64,000 bases of DNA from Sphyrna mokarran (taxonomy: Eukaryota). The notes under the pieces were generated by a model, which saw nothing but the letters and a program-made list of their open reading frames with translations, did no database searches and had not been told where the DNA came from. The translations under genes were made by a program, and so were the position numbers. The number at the start of each line of letters is the position of its first letter. Position 1 is the first letter of the stretch. Where the stretch lies: positions 26,226,001-26,290,000 of the forward strand of contig JAGIQG010000008.1 of the NCBI GenBank assembly GCA_024679065.1, in the 5' to 3' direction. This document shows positions 25,369 through 36,639 of the stretch, one piece after another.

Positions 25369-25437
25369 ATTGGCGGAGCCTAAAATCTCATCACTGCTAA
25401 TGTCAGCAGCAGCAATGAGATTTTAGGCTCTGCCAAT
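25369..25437. repeat. Near-perfect inverted repeat (23-bp stem hairpin)
   Basis: ATTGGCGGAGCCTAAAATCTCAT (25369-25391) against ATGAGATTTTAGGCTCTGCCAAT (25415-25437); 22 of 23 positions complementary. Confidence 0.9.
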
Positions 25438-26221
25438 GGTGCACCCTGGACATGAGTTTCCCGGTAGCGAGGGACACATTCAACAGGAAACCCTACTGGC
25501 AATGTTTAGACCGTAGGATCCCACCACCAACAAGTGGCTCACTGCATCCTGTTGTTGCAAAACACACCGCAGAGGGAAAGGAAAATCCTGCCCAATATGT
25601 CAGGCTAAAGCCCAACCCTTCTGACTTAGAGCCAATGTGTAATGAACATTTGCAGACTTTCTTATCTACGGTTCATGATTCTGCTCATGTTCCATTGCAA
25701 CTGGTGCATGGACTCTATAACATGCAAAAATGCCATTGGGATAATGAATCCTATGAAACTTTTCTGAGTTGATACTTATTGTCGGGTGCTAGAGCAAACT
25801 ACTGCCTATGAAAACACCCTTCCTTGTCAAACTTGCAAGAAGGAAATCTGGAACGTTTTAGTTTAAAATACTTTCCCGTGCGCAATCATGCACAATGGTA
25901 TGCCATATGTTTATTTCAGAGGTGAATGGATCAGGGCTGCCAGTCACATAAAAGTGTCACATCTTAGGAAGAACTGAATGAACAAAGGCTTTGGATGCTT
26001 TAGCTGCCATTATTTGCAATATGTCTTTTTTTCTCCTGGTTTTTGTTTGAATGGATTTTCTACCATTTCTGAGAGATCTGCATTGCCTGGTCAAAGGCGT
26101 ACCTGCTATTTCCGGCCCAGTCACATAGCTGCCACCAAGCCAGTTAAAAATCTTTTTCCATTTTCAAAATTATTTTGGGTCTTATCTGAAACATAGATCT
26201 TTGGGCATTTGGGGCGGAATG

Positions 26222-26508
26222 ATCATAGAATTCCTACAATGCAAATGGAGGCGATTAGGCCCATGGAGTCTGCACTGACCACAATTCCACCCGGGCCCTA
26301 TTCCTGTAATCCCATGTATTTACTTTGCTAATCCCCTGACATTAGGGTCAATTTAGCTTGCCCAATCCACCTAATCCGCACACCTTTGGAGTGCGGAAGG
26401 AAACTGGAGCACCCAGAGGAAACCCATGCAAACTCTGCACAGACGGTGATCCATGGCCAGAATTGAACCCGGGTCCCTGGCACTGTGAGGCAGCAGTGCT
26501 AACCACCA
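26222..26508 (-). mobile_element. HE1-like SINE, tail type A
   Basis: Reverse copy, CATAGAATTCCTACAATGCA to GGCAGCAGTGCTAACCAC. Confidence 0.85.
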
Positions 26509-26790
26509 TCAAGCAAACACAATTCATAGGATTAATGAAAACAACCAGGCGAAGAGAGAAATCTGGTAAAAGCTATTAGTACAGAAATGTTAATTACTCT
26601 GACTATCAAAGCAGTTTTCTAAAATTGCCACACAGCAGTAAATACATAATCAGATTTGCTCGTCCTACTTAACAGCCAGAGTTTTGTCAGTTCTTTGTTG
26701 GGCCACAGGATGGAGCTTATTCTAGAAGCGATTTGTTTCACTTTGAATTGGAGACAGAGAAAGAAGCAGTGATGCCCCTGTCCGTCAGTG

Positions 26791-26877
26791 ATGACAGTAC
26801 AAAAGTACAAATACCAAAGATCTTGTTTGCTTCCCTCAATCACCCTCCATCCACACAGGAAGTTTAATGATAAACAG
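26791..26877 (+). CDS. Candidate alternative first coding exon of the MiT/TFE gene (MTVQKYKYQRSCLLPSITLHPHRKFNDKQ)
   Basis: ATG at 26791 opens 29 codons ending exactly at a phase-0 donor CAG|GTAAAA, in non-repetitive context. No homology support. Confidence 0.35.
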
Positions 26878-27559
26878 GTAAAATAGAAATCAGAGTGTTG
26901 AAATCTTAAAGGTTAATGGATGATCAGGAGCTATTTTCAAGATGTGATCAGATAATTAAATTGGAGGCATGTCCTCCTGGAAAGTGTTGGCATTCATGGC
27001 ATAATGACCAAGAAAGGAAGCTTGTTAAAATACTGATTAGGAGTGTTGAAGGTAGTGGGAGGGGTCAAAGGAAGAGGAGGCAGCAACATATAATAATTTA
27101 TGTATACTGTTATTTAAATTTTGAGTTATCCACTTCGGTTAATTTGCCTCACGCTTTTGTAAATATTCAGGCAGTCTTGACGCTGTCCATGAGTTCACTA
27201 TCACCATGCTTCGAACGGTGCTAGTATCATGAAATTATTTGCAATGTTACCAGCAAAAGTTCAATTTTTTAGTTTAAAATATATACCATTACTTTATATC
27301 AGGTACATTAACTTTCCCAATCTTGCTGAAATATAGTGGGTGATTGCTCCTTTCATTTCAAAGACCTGACACAATTTCAAAAAGACTAAATGCTGGAAAT
27401 ACTTTGCAGCTGTTTTATTTCAACAAAGTGAAGGTTCTCACATGTTAAAGATCTCAATTAGAATCAAACTTTGGTATAATTAATATGGTTTATAGAGACA
27501 TGGGTAGGCAACTTGCTGGATAGTTAGGGACAGGCATGTGTAACACCCACCTTATGTCT

Positions 27560-27830
27560 GAAGTGGCACAATGGTTGCTGCTTCACAGTGCTAGAGGGAC
27601 CCATGTTCAATTCCTTGCACGGTTCATTGTCTGTGCGAAGTCTGCACATTCTCCCCGTATCTCACTGGGTTTCTTCCCACAATCCAAAAAACCTGCATTG
27701 GCCATGTTAAAATTCACCCTCAGTTTACCTGAACAGGTTCTGGAATGTGGCAACTAAGGGATTGTCTCAATAACTTCATTGCAGTGTTAATGGAAATCTA
27801 TTTGTGACACTGATAAATTAACTTAACTAT
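27560..27830 (+). mobile_element. HE1-like SINE, tail type B
   Basis: Degenerate head and core with a type B tail. Confidence 0.75.
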
Positions 27831-28219
27831 AACTTTGAGGAAAAGTCAGTTTAGTGATTTTTTGAAATGTAAGACAGTAGATTTTCTCCAAGTTAGATAA
27901 CTGCAATTTAAAAGCAACTGCTCAAGGTACTTTTATTGCTATTTTTATTTAGTTCAATGATAGGACGTTGATGAAACTAATTTGGTCCAACATTTCAAAT
28001 ATTCACAATTTTACCAGAACAAGTCCACAAGGTATTTTAAACAATTTTTTTGTCCTGTACAAATGAATATCCATTCTGTCTAAACTGGTGAATGAATAGA
28101 TACACACCAATATACCACCTTGCCAGAAACTTGGCATACTTTAATAACTAGCCCCATATGAAGTCAATGTCACAGTCTTTCTCCTTCCATCAGAACTGGT
28201 TGCATATTAAAAGAGATTA

Positions 28220-28525
28220 AAGTTTAAGTTTAAAGTTTATTTATTAGTCACAAGCAGGCTGACATTAACACTGCAATGAAGTTACTGTAAAAGTCCCCGA
28301 TTTGCCAACTGTGGCACCTGTTTGAGTATACTGAGGGAGAATTTGGCATGTCCAATACATCTAACCAGCATGTCTTTTGGATTGTGGGAGGAAACTGGGG
28401 CACCCGGAGGAAACACATGCAGATATGTGGAGAACATGCAAACTCCTCACAGTGACCCAAGAAGGGAATTGAACTCAGATCTCTGGTGCTGTGAGGCAGC
28501 AGTGTTAACCATTGTGCCACTGTGT
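28220..28525 (-). mobile_element. HE1-like SINE, tail type B
   Basis: Full reverse copy with an (AAGTTT)n tail. Confidence 0.85.
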
Positions 28526-28869
28526 TATGTTTCCCTCTTCAGGAAAGCAGCCTATGGGATCAATTGGAAAGGTCAGTTATTCAACTCAGAATCACAGGAT
28601 TATTATAATGCAGAAGGAGGCCATTTGATGCACTGTGTTTGCACTAGCCCTCCGAATGAGCAATTCACCCATCCCACTCCCCTCCTTCTCCCCATAACCC
28701 TGCACATGCTTCCTTTTTGGATAACAATCTAACTCCTTTTGAAAGTTTCAATTGAAGCTGCCTTCACCACTCTCTCAGGCAGCACTTCCAAACTTTAACC
28801 ATTAGCTCCTTGAGCAAATTTAACTGCTTGAAAGCTCCTGTTCTTCACCTGTTCAGTTTGTTTGTCCTT

Positions 28870-29180
28870 TGAAATAGGATCCCTACAGTGCAGAAGGAGG
28901 CCATTTGGACCATTGAGTCTGCACCGACTCTCTGACAGAGTATCTGACTGAGGCTTCTACCCTGCTGTCTAACCCCATATCCCTGCACGTTGATCACGAG
29001 CAATCCAGTTAACCTGCACATCTTTAGACTGTGGGAGGAAAACAGAGTACCCAGAGGAAACCCACATAGACACAGGGAAAATGTGCAAACTCCACACAGA
29101 CAGTTATCCAAGGCAGGAATTGAACCCAGAATCCCTGGCGCTGTGAGGCAGCAGTGCTAACCACTGTGCCATCTTGCCGA
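28870..29180 (-). mobile_element. HE1-like SINE, tail type A
   Basis: Full reverse copy. Confidence 0.85.
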
Positions 29181-29224
29181 GATGAAGGTGACCATGTTCT
29201 TCAACAAGGTTTAGCTGCAAAAGG

Positions 29225-31202
29225 ACTGGATAACTACATACAATTGAATTTTAGACAAGTTGCCAGTTTGGGGTGTCCTCTCCTTGGGTTTTCTCTCTGC
29301 CTCTGATGTGCATTTTGCTTTTGAAGGTGGCCATACTGTCTTTTTATTTGATTATGCCAGATGCAGCAATCCTTGGCAAACTTCTCTTCGGACTTGAAGT
29401 CAACATCAAACCTCCTAAGTAAAGCTTTTCGAGGGTCAGTGTAGCACTTCCTTTGATCACCATGAGAGCACACCCCAAACTCAAGGGGGGAGGGAAATTT
29501 TCCCATCCTGCCCACCACAAGAATCGTAATGGGTGTGGGGAGGGAGGGGAAGCATAAGGGTGTGGCCCATGCAAAGGTCAGTTGACCTCAGGCAGGATTT
29601 TCTGGTTTTGGGATGAGTGTGGATGGAAGCTCTGAGGAAAATTTGCTTTGGTAAGTGAGTATCAAACATTCCGGCTACATGGCCAGTCCAACTTAATTCT
29701 CACTGTCTCAATATGGTGTGATACTTGGCAAGTAGGCTGGGTTGAGCACTTGTGTCGGGTAAGTCCAGTCCTCTGATTTTCAAGACTTCTGAATGCAACT
29801 CAAGAGCAAGTAGTCAGGCTTCATGGCATGATGCTAATACACAGTCCATAGAATGAAGTTGGCAAGACAATTACTATTAGTATGAACTTTGATTTTATTT
29901 GGCAGACTTACTCCTCTTTGATCCCAGACTAATGTTCAAAGTCTAATATATTTGCTTTGGTGATTCTTGTATGCAAGCCATTGTCAACAGACAAATCAAG
30001 AGAATATACCACTGAGACAAATGAACTTACCACTGTCTGGTCACAGGATGAAAGCTTGGGCTCATGATAGGGATTTCCTTCAGCTTTCTTCACGTTGATT
30101 GTAAGGCCGAAGTTGGAGAACAAGACCATGCTATGCTGCATGTCCAGTTCTAAACTGATAGCAAGCACACAATCATTGGTAAAGAGGAAATATGCTAATA
30201 GAGATCTTAGCCTTCGTCTGGAGCCATCTCAGATGAGCAGTTGCTATCCATATCCATGTAATATCTGATTTTGATGCCAGGATCACCATCATGGCAGGCA
30301 TTGGACAGTATGTCAGAGAAAAACATGCCAGAGAGGATTAACACGAGCACACAGTGCTGTTTAATTCCATTAGTGCCTGGGGATGGGTTAGAAGACTCAC
30401 CATCGTCCAGTACACGTGTGGCCATGCTGTCATGGAACTGTCGAACCATTGTGATATATTTCTCAATGCAGCCAAATTTCTCCATTACCCGCCAAAGGCC
30501 CTCACGGCTAACTGTGTTAACGCTCTTGGTCAGGTCAACAAAGTAGAGATCAATGTTCTATTCTTGGCATTTTTCCTGGAGCTGTCTAACTGTAAACACT
30601 GTATCAGTGGTTCTTCAATCTTTTCTGGAACTGCAATGATTTTCTGGCAGGAGATCCTGGTTAAGATGTTGCAGCAATGATTTTGCCAATGATGGGAAGG
30701 AATGAGATTCCTCAATGATTGCCACAACATTGGCAAGTTCCTTTCCATTTGTACGGATGGACAATAGAAGCTCTTTGTATTCTTTCTAGATGGCTTCTTT
30801 CTTCTACATAGGCTGAAAGAGTTCAGTCGCTCCTTGACCAGACATTAACCTTTAGCCTTGTAAATCTCAGCTGGGGTAGCAGCAGCTCTTGGAGCTTTGC
30901 CACAAGACAGGAGTTTGATTGTGTTTGTTGCTTCTGACAGCTTGGGAAGATTTTAAGCGAGCAGTTGATGAACCAGTAAACTATGTTCTATAAATATATT
31001 TCAGAGAATTATAGAATCTCTTTGTGGTGTGCATACAACTCAGGTTGGTCTGTTTTTTGACTCAGCTAAGTGTTTTGCATCTCTCTAAGTTTACAATGCA
31101 CAGTCCTGTAGATGTTATAGTGGGTGTCATGCTGATGTAGTGATGACTCATCATTGAGGTAAATCCAGTTGAGACCAGGTTCCTCCTCCACTAGTTTCTG
31201 GA
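29225..31202 (-). mobile_element. Decayed RTE-clade LINE (RT region), MITE inserted at ~29490-29650
   Basis: Peptides KFGCIEKYITMVRQFHDSMATRVLDDGESSNP.PGTNGIKQHCVL, NFGLTINVKK and IKLLSCGKAP are typical of RTE RTs. Confidence 0.85.
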
Positions 31203-31395
31203 TTACTGGTTCATCTCCAGTTGTCCTTCGTGCTGGCAGGTCAATGCTGCTAAAAGAAAAAGCCCAAATTCCAAAGAGATGGACAGAGCTCTTTAATCAT
31301 ATCCTCAATCGAACTTCATCCACCAATGAAGAAATAATCGACAAGCTGTCACAGGTTGACATCACTGCCTTCTTTATAACCCTCCCATTTTGTGA
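31203..31395 (+). mobile_element. Inverted internal piece of the same RTE element
   Basis: TGSSPVVLRAGRSMLLKEKAQIPKRWTELFNHILNRTSSTNEEIIDKLSQV matches the RTE linker GSSPLLSADG.TLLTEK..ILKRWAEHF..VLNRPS. Confidence 0.75.
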
Positions 31396-31453
31396 ATAAA
31401 ACCAAACTTACAAGAGACACAGCCAAGAGCCTCCAGAGCAGTGAAGTACACAA

Positions 31454-31504
31454 TATCCCCGAGTATACTCTATCCCCGAGTACACTCTGTCCCTGAGTAT
31501 ACTA
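31454..31504 (+). repeat. 17-bp tandem repeat x3
   Basis: TATCCCCGAGTATACTC TATCCCCGAGTACACTC TGTCCCTGAGTATACTA. Confidence 0.9.
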
Positions 31505-31508
31505 TTTA

Positions 31509-33575
31509 GGGAAGATGTTAGTACAATGGTCTTATCACTGGAAAGTAATCCAGAGATTCAAGTAATTCTCTGGGGATCCAGGTTGGAATCCTGCCACAGC
31601 AGATGGTGGAATTTAAACTCAATCTGGAATTAAAGTGATGACAATGAAATCATTGTGGATTGTCATAAAAACTCATCTGGTTCACTAATGTTTCTTAAGG
31701 AAGGAAACCTGATGTCCTCAGCTGATCTGGCCTACGTATGAGTCCAGAGCCATATCGATGTGGTTGACTCTTAAATGCTTTCTGAAATTGCCTAGCAAGA
31801 CACTCAGTTGTATTCAATCGCTCTGAAGAAAACACAAAGAAATGAAATCAGACAGGTCACCAGACATCGATCTGGGCACCAGAAATGACAATGGCAAACC
31901 CAGCTGTGTCAACCTTGCAAAGATTTCCTTCCTAACATCTGAGGACTTGTGCCAAAGTTGGAAGAGCTGTCTCACAGACGAGTTAAGCAACAGTCTGATA
32001 TAGTCATACTCATAGAATCATACTTTACAGATAATATCCCAGACACTAACATCACAATTCCTTGGTATGTTCTGTGTCACCAGCAACACAGATCCAGCAG
32101 AGGTGATGGCACAGTGTCTTGGGAGTCTTCAACATTGACTCTGGACCTCATGAAGTCTCATGGCATAAGTCAAAAATGGGTAAGGAAGCCTCTGCTGATT
32201 ACTACGTATTGTGCCCCTCAACTGATGAATTAGTACTCTCCCACATTGAATACTACTTGTAGGGAACACTGAGGGTATCAGGGGCATAGAATGTAATCTG
32301 GGTAGGGGACTTCAATGTCTATCACCAAGAGTGGCATGGTAGTACCGTCACAGACTGAACTGACTATATCCTATGGAACATAACTGCTCAAGTGGGACCG
32401 TAGCAGGTGATGAGTGAACCAACACGAGGGAAAAACTTATTTGATCTCTTCTTCACCAACCTGCCTTCTGCAGATGCATGTGTCCATGACAGGATGAGTA
32501 GGAGTGATCACTGCGCCGTACTTGTGGAGATGAAGTTCCATCTTCACATTGAGGATATCTTCTATTATGATGTGCGACACTATCATCATGCTAAATTGAA
32601 TAGATTTTGAACAGATCTAGCAACTCGAGACTGGGCATCGATGAGGTGCTGAGCAACGGAATTGTACTCAACCACAACCAGTAACCTCATGATCCAGCAA
32701 TCCCCCATCCTACAATTACCACCAAGTCAAGGGATCAACCCTGGTTCAGTGCAGAGTGCAGAAGTGCATGTTAGAAACAACAAGTATAGATGCGCCAAGT
32801 TTGGTGGCGTTTAAGAGGTTAGTTGATAAGTTTATGGAAGAGAAGGGAATGGTTTAGTTTGGAGCGTCATTGCTTTTTATAATGGCGCAACATCGAAGGC
32901 CGAAGGGCCTGTTCTGCGCTGTAATGTTCTATGTTCTATGTTCTATGAGGTGTCAACCTGGTGAAGCTGCAACATATGACCACTTGCGTGCCAAACAGCA
33001 TAAGCAGCCAGCGATAGACAGAGCTATGTGATCCCACAACCAACAGATCAGTTCAAGCTCTGTAGATCTATCACAACCAACCATGAATAGTGATGGAAAA
33101 TTACACAGCTTCATTGAGAAGGAGGCTCCACAAATATCCCCATTCTCAGTGATGAGGGAGCCCAGCACATCGGTGCATAAGATAAGGCAACAATCTTCAG
33201 CCAGAAGTGCTGAGTGGATGATCCATCTCGGTCTCCACCTTAAGTCCCCAACATCACAACTGTCAGTCTTCAACCATTTCGATTCACTTGCACTGATATC
33301 AAAAAATGGTTGAAGGCACTAGATACTGCAAAGGTTATGGGTCCTGTAAATATTCTGGCAATGGTTCTGAAGACTTGTCTTCCAGAACCTACCCTGTTCC
33401 TACCCAGACTGCTTCAGTACAGCTACAACACAGGCATCCACCCTAGTCTTGGGCTGACAAGAGGAAAGTATCCTTCATGCCACACAAGTGCCAGGAAATA
33501 ACCATTTCCAACAAAACAGGATCAAACTATTGATAGTGATAGTTTACCATCACTGAATCCTCCACTATCAACATG
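31509..33575 (+). mobile_element. Decayed APE-RT LINE (CR1 group in the broad sense, clade uncertain) with a tRNA-derived SINE-like 5' head
   Basis: Head at 31509-31809 with B-box GGTTGGAATCC (31581-31591). APE motifs NI*GLVPKL..DIVILIESY, WVGDFNVYH and TRGKNLFDLFFTN..SDHCAVL. Pre-RT KALDTAKVMGPVNILAMVLKTC. Internal deletion near 33445. Confidence 0.8.
32785..32947 (+). mobile_element. Young CR1 3' tip nested in the LINE
   Basis: Nearly identical to 39636-39793, with a (TTCTATG)3 tail. Confidence 0.9.
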
Positions 33576-33985
33576 TGATTTGATTTATTATTGTCACATG
33601 TATTAGTGTACAGTGAAAAGTATTGTTTCTTGTGCACTACACAGGCAAACCATACCGTTCCTAGAGAAGGAAACGTGAGAGTGCAGAAGGTAGTGTTACA
33701 GTCATAGCTAGGGTGTAGAGAACGATCAACGTAATGCAAGATAGGTCCATTCAAAAGTCTAATGGCATCTGGGAAGAAGCTGTTCTTGAGTCGGTTGGTA
33801 CATGGCCTCAGACTTGCATCTCTTTTTTTCTGATGGAAGAAAGCGGAAGAGAGAATGCCTGGGGTGCATAGGGTCTTTAATTATGCTGATTGCTATGGAT
33901 GGGAGGTTGATTTGCATAATGGATTGGGCTACATTCACAACCTTTTGTAGTTCCTTGTGATCTTGGGCAGAGCAGGATAAGAGAA
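33576..33985 (-). mobile_element. Rex1/Babar-like LINE 3' end
   Basis: CSAQDHKELQKVVNVAQSIMQINLPSI..IIKDPMHPRHSLFRFLPS and a GATTTGATTT tail. Confidence 0.8.
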
Positions 33986-33987
33986 TA

Positions 33988-34070
33988 TTCATCAGGTGAG
34001 TAAGAAGCACTCCGAAAGCTTGTGATTCCAAATATACCTATTGGACTTTAACTTGTTGTTGTGAAGCTTA
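33988..34070 (+). mobile_element. Penelope-like terminal repeat fragment
   Basis: CACTCCGAAAGCTTGTGATTCCAAATATACCTATTGGACTTTAAC, preceded by an inverted ACTCACCTGATGAA. Confidence 0.6.
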
Positions 34071-34554
34071 ATTTCAATCTTGCAGCCTGTTGAGATGAAG
34101 GAGGGTCACTCATGTGGCCCATTCACTTGCCTGGCTTGCTCATTACTGATCTCGGAGGTCTTGTAACATATTTGAACATTGTCACTGTGATGATGGACAA
34201 TTATCACAGTCACTAATATCCAAACAAGAAAATGATCAAAGCATAATTGGTGTACAACACTGTTCAGAGATATTCAGTGCATCCTTGTAGTGTAACTATT
34301 GGGCTTCAAACTCTTTCAAAAATATTACATTGGATCAACTACTGCTCTCGGTATTTGCAGAGAAAATGTCTTTGAGACTTCAAAACTGCATGAGTAAAAA
34401 TATCAAAGTACTATAACTATGAGAATGTGAGGTCAAAAGATTTGTGCCAGGAAGTTAATGCCTCATGAAATCTTTGGTTTGAGAGGCTAACTTGAAGACT
34501 GTTCAAAACAAGATAATTTCACATATGAATTGGAAAAGTTATCATATATATAAG

Positions 34555-34857
34555 TTTTTAAAGTTTATTTATTAGCATCACAAGTAGGCTTACATTAACA
34601 CTGCAATGAAGTTGCTATGAAAATCCCCTAGTCGCCACACTCCGGTGCTTGTTCGGGGAACTGAGGGAGAATTTAGCATGGCCAACGCACCTAACCAGCA
34701 CATCCTTCATACTGTAGGGAAAAAACCTGAATACCTGGAGGAAACCCCCACTAATATGGGGAGAACATGCAAACTCCACAGAGATAGTGACCCAAGCTGG
34801 GAATCAAACCTGGATCCCTGACGTTGTGAGGCAGTAGTGCTCACCACTGTGCTGCCT
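34555..34857 (-). mobile_element. HE1-like SINE, tail type B
   Basis: Full reverse copy. Confidence 0.85.
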
Positions 34858-36639
34858 TAAATCAGATAAACATAAATATTCTGATGATATTGACTGGAAA
34901 GCTGTGTTTTACAGATTCATCCATTTCACAGTTGCTTCCTTTATCTCTTCAATGCATTTATGATGAATCATGTATTTGTCAGTTTCAAAGCTACTTTGGA
35001 ACCCAAATAAAATTTATTACTGTAAAATTTATGAGTGTAATAGGAATCATCTTTATCAGTTTCTTCTCTTCCCCTTCTTTTCTTTTTTGAATCTGATAAT
35101 ATGTTATCTAATTGTTCTTTATGACCCTTAAACTGGCTTGAATGCTTCAGTATTGCGAACTGCTGTGGTGATTAGTGGAAAAGATTGTTTGCATCACCAG
35201 TTATTCAGGGCTTTTAGTATGCTGTTAATTCACATGAAACTCCACAACCATCTGTTCTTGGTTTGTTCAGCTGCAAAGCTTTATTCTTACTGCTGTGCCA
35301 TTTAGTTGGCAGCAGCGCATCTGCTGATGGAGTTGGAACCACATAGGAAGAGTTTTACAGGATGCTTAGAGCGAGGGGACTGATGGGGGAGGGGAAGGGG
35401 AAGGCATAATTCTAGCAAAAAGATGATGGGTGTCAAGCCCCTAATAGAACCATAGAACACCACAAGTCTCTTGGCCCTTCTTGGCTGTGCCAAACCATTT
35501 TTCTGCCTAGTCCCACTGACTTGCACCTGGACCATATCCCTCCACGTCCCTTTCATCCATAATTTCTCCTCATCCATATTATAGAAATGTTTAACTTTCT
35601 AAATGTGGAACTTAGTACACACAAAGCAACAAATATCAATGCATTTAAGGGGAAACTAGATAAACATGTGGGGAAAGGAATGTGAGGATCTGCCATTAGG
35701 GTTAGATGAAGAAACATTGGAGAAGGCTTATGTGGAGAGCCAATATGGGACTGTTGGCTTGAATGATCTGTTGCTATGTTATAAATGCTACGCAACACTT
35801 CTATCCCTTTGACTGCAGAACAGCTGCCTATCTGAAGTGAAGGCTGTCATTACAAATTAATTCTGGCAGGTACCAATTTGTGGGAGGTATGAAGGACAAA
35901 TGAGCTTACTCGTCATGGTATGTCAGGTCATTGTCTTTTCTTCAAAATTGCATTTTGTGGTTTCGCCAGCACTTTTTTTCCCTGAACTGAACTGCAGAGT
36001 GTGCAATAACTGCAAAAGTTAGATGGTTCCTCTTTCAATCAGTGTCACACAATTCTAGTTATTCTGTGTAAGTGAGGTAATGTAACCCAAGGATTGCTCC
36101 TGGAGTTGCACAATACTGTCAGTGGTATGAATTCAAAACCCCCTACGCAACCTATAACCCAATAGAGATTCCAGTGGGTATAGGAACAGCAACATTTGTG
36201 AATGAAAGTTTGAAAAAGTTTCTTCCTGATCAATTCAGTAAAAAAATTAGATGAAAGAGTTTTTTAAAATAAGAGATTCTCAATAAATAGGAAACTCGCT
36301 TCAGATTAGAATAAGAACAGTAAGCAAGATTTTAACAATGCAGTTTAAAACAGTTTGTGGGGAGTGGTTATAGAGTTTGAATAAGATCAACGTTATATTA
36401 ATAATAATAATTAATTGAGACATTTTAGTGAACATTTTGATTTGTATTCTGTAGTTTATATAAAGTTACAAACCCTTAGGAAATAGATGCTCAATGATAA
36501 TGAAAATTCTCCTGTCATGATAGATGTGCTTAGATTTGAAAGCAATCCTTCCTGACATCATTAATCTACAATTCCTCTTAGTTTCAGATCCATTTAATGA
36601 CATTATGCAAACAAAATATATCACTCAGATAATTACGTT

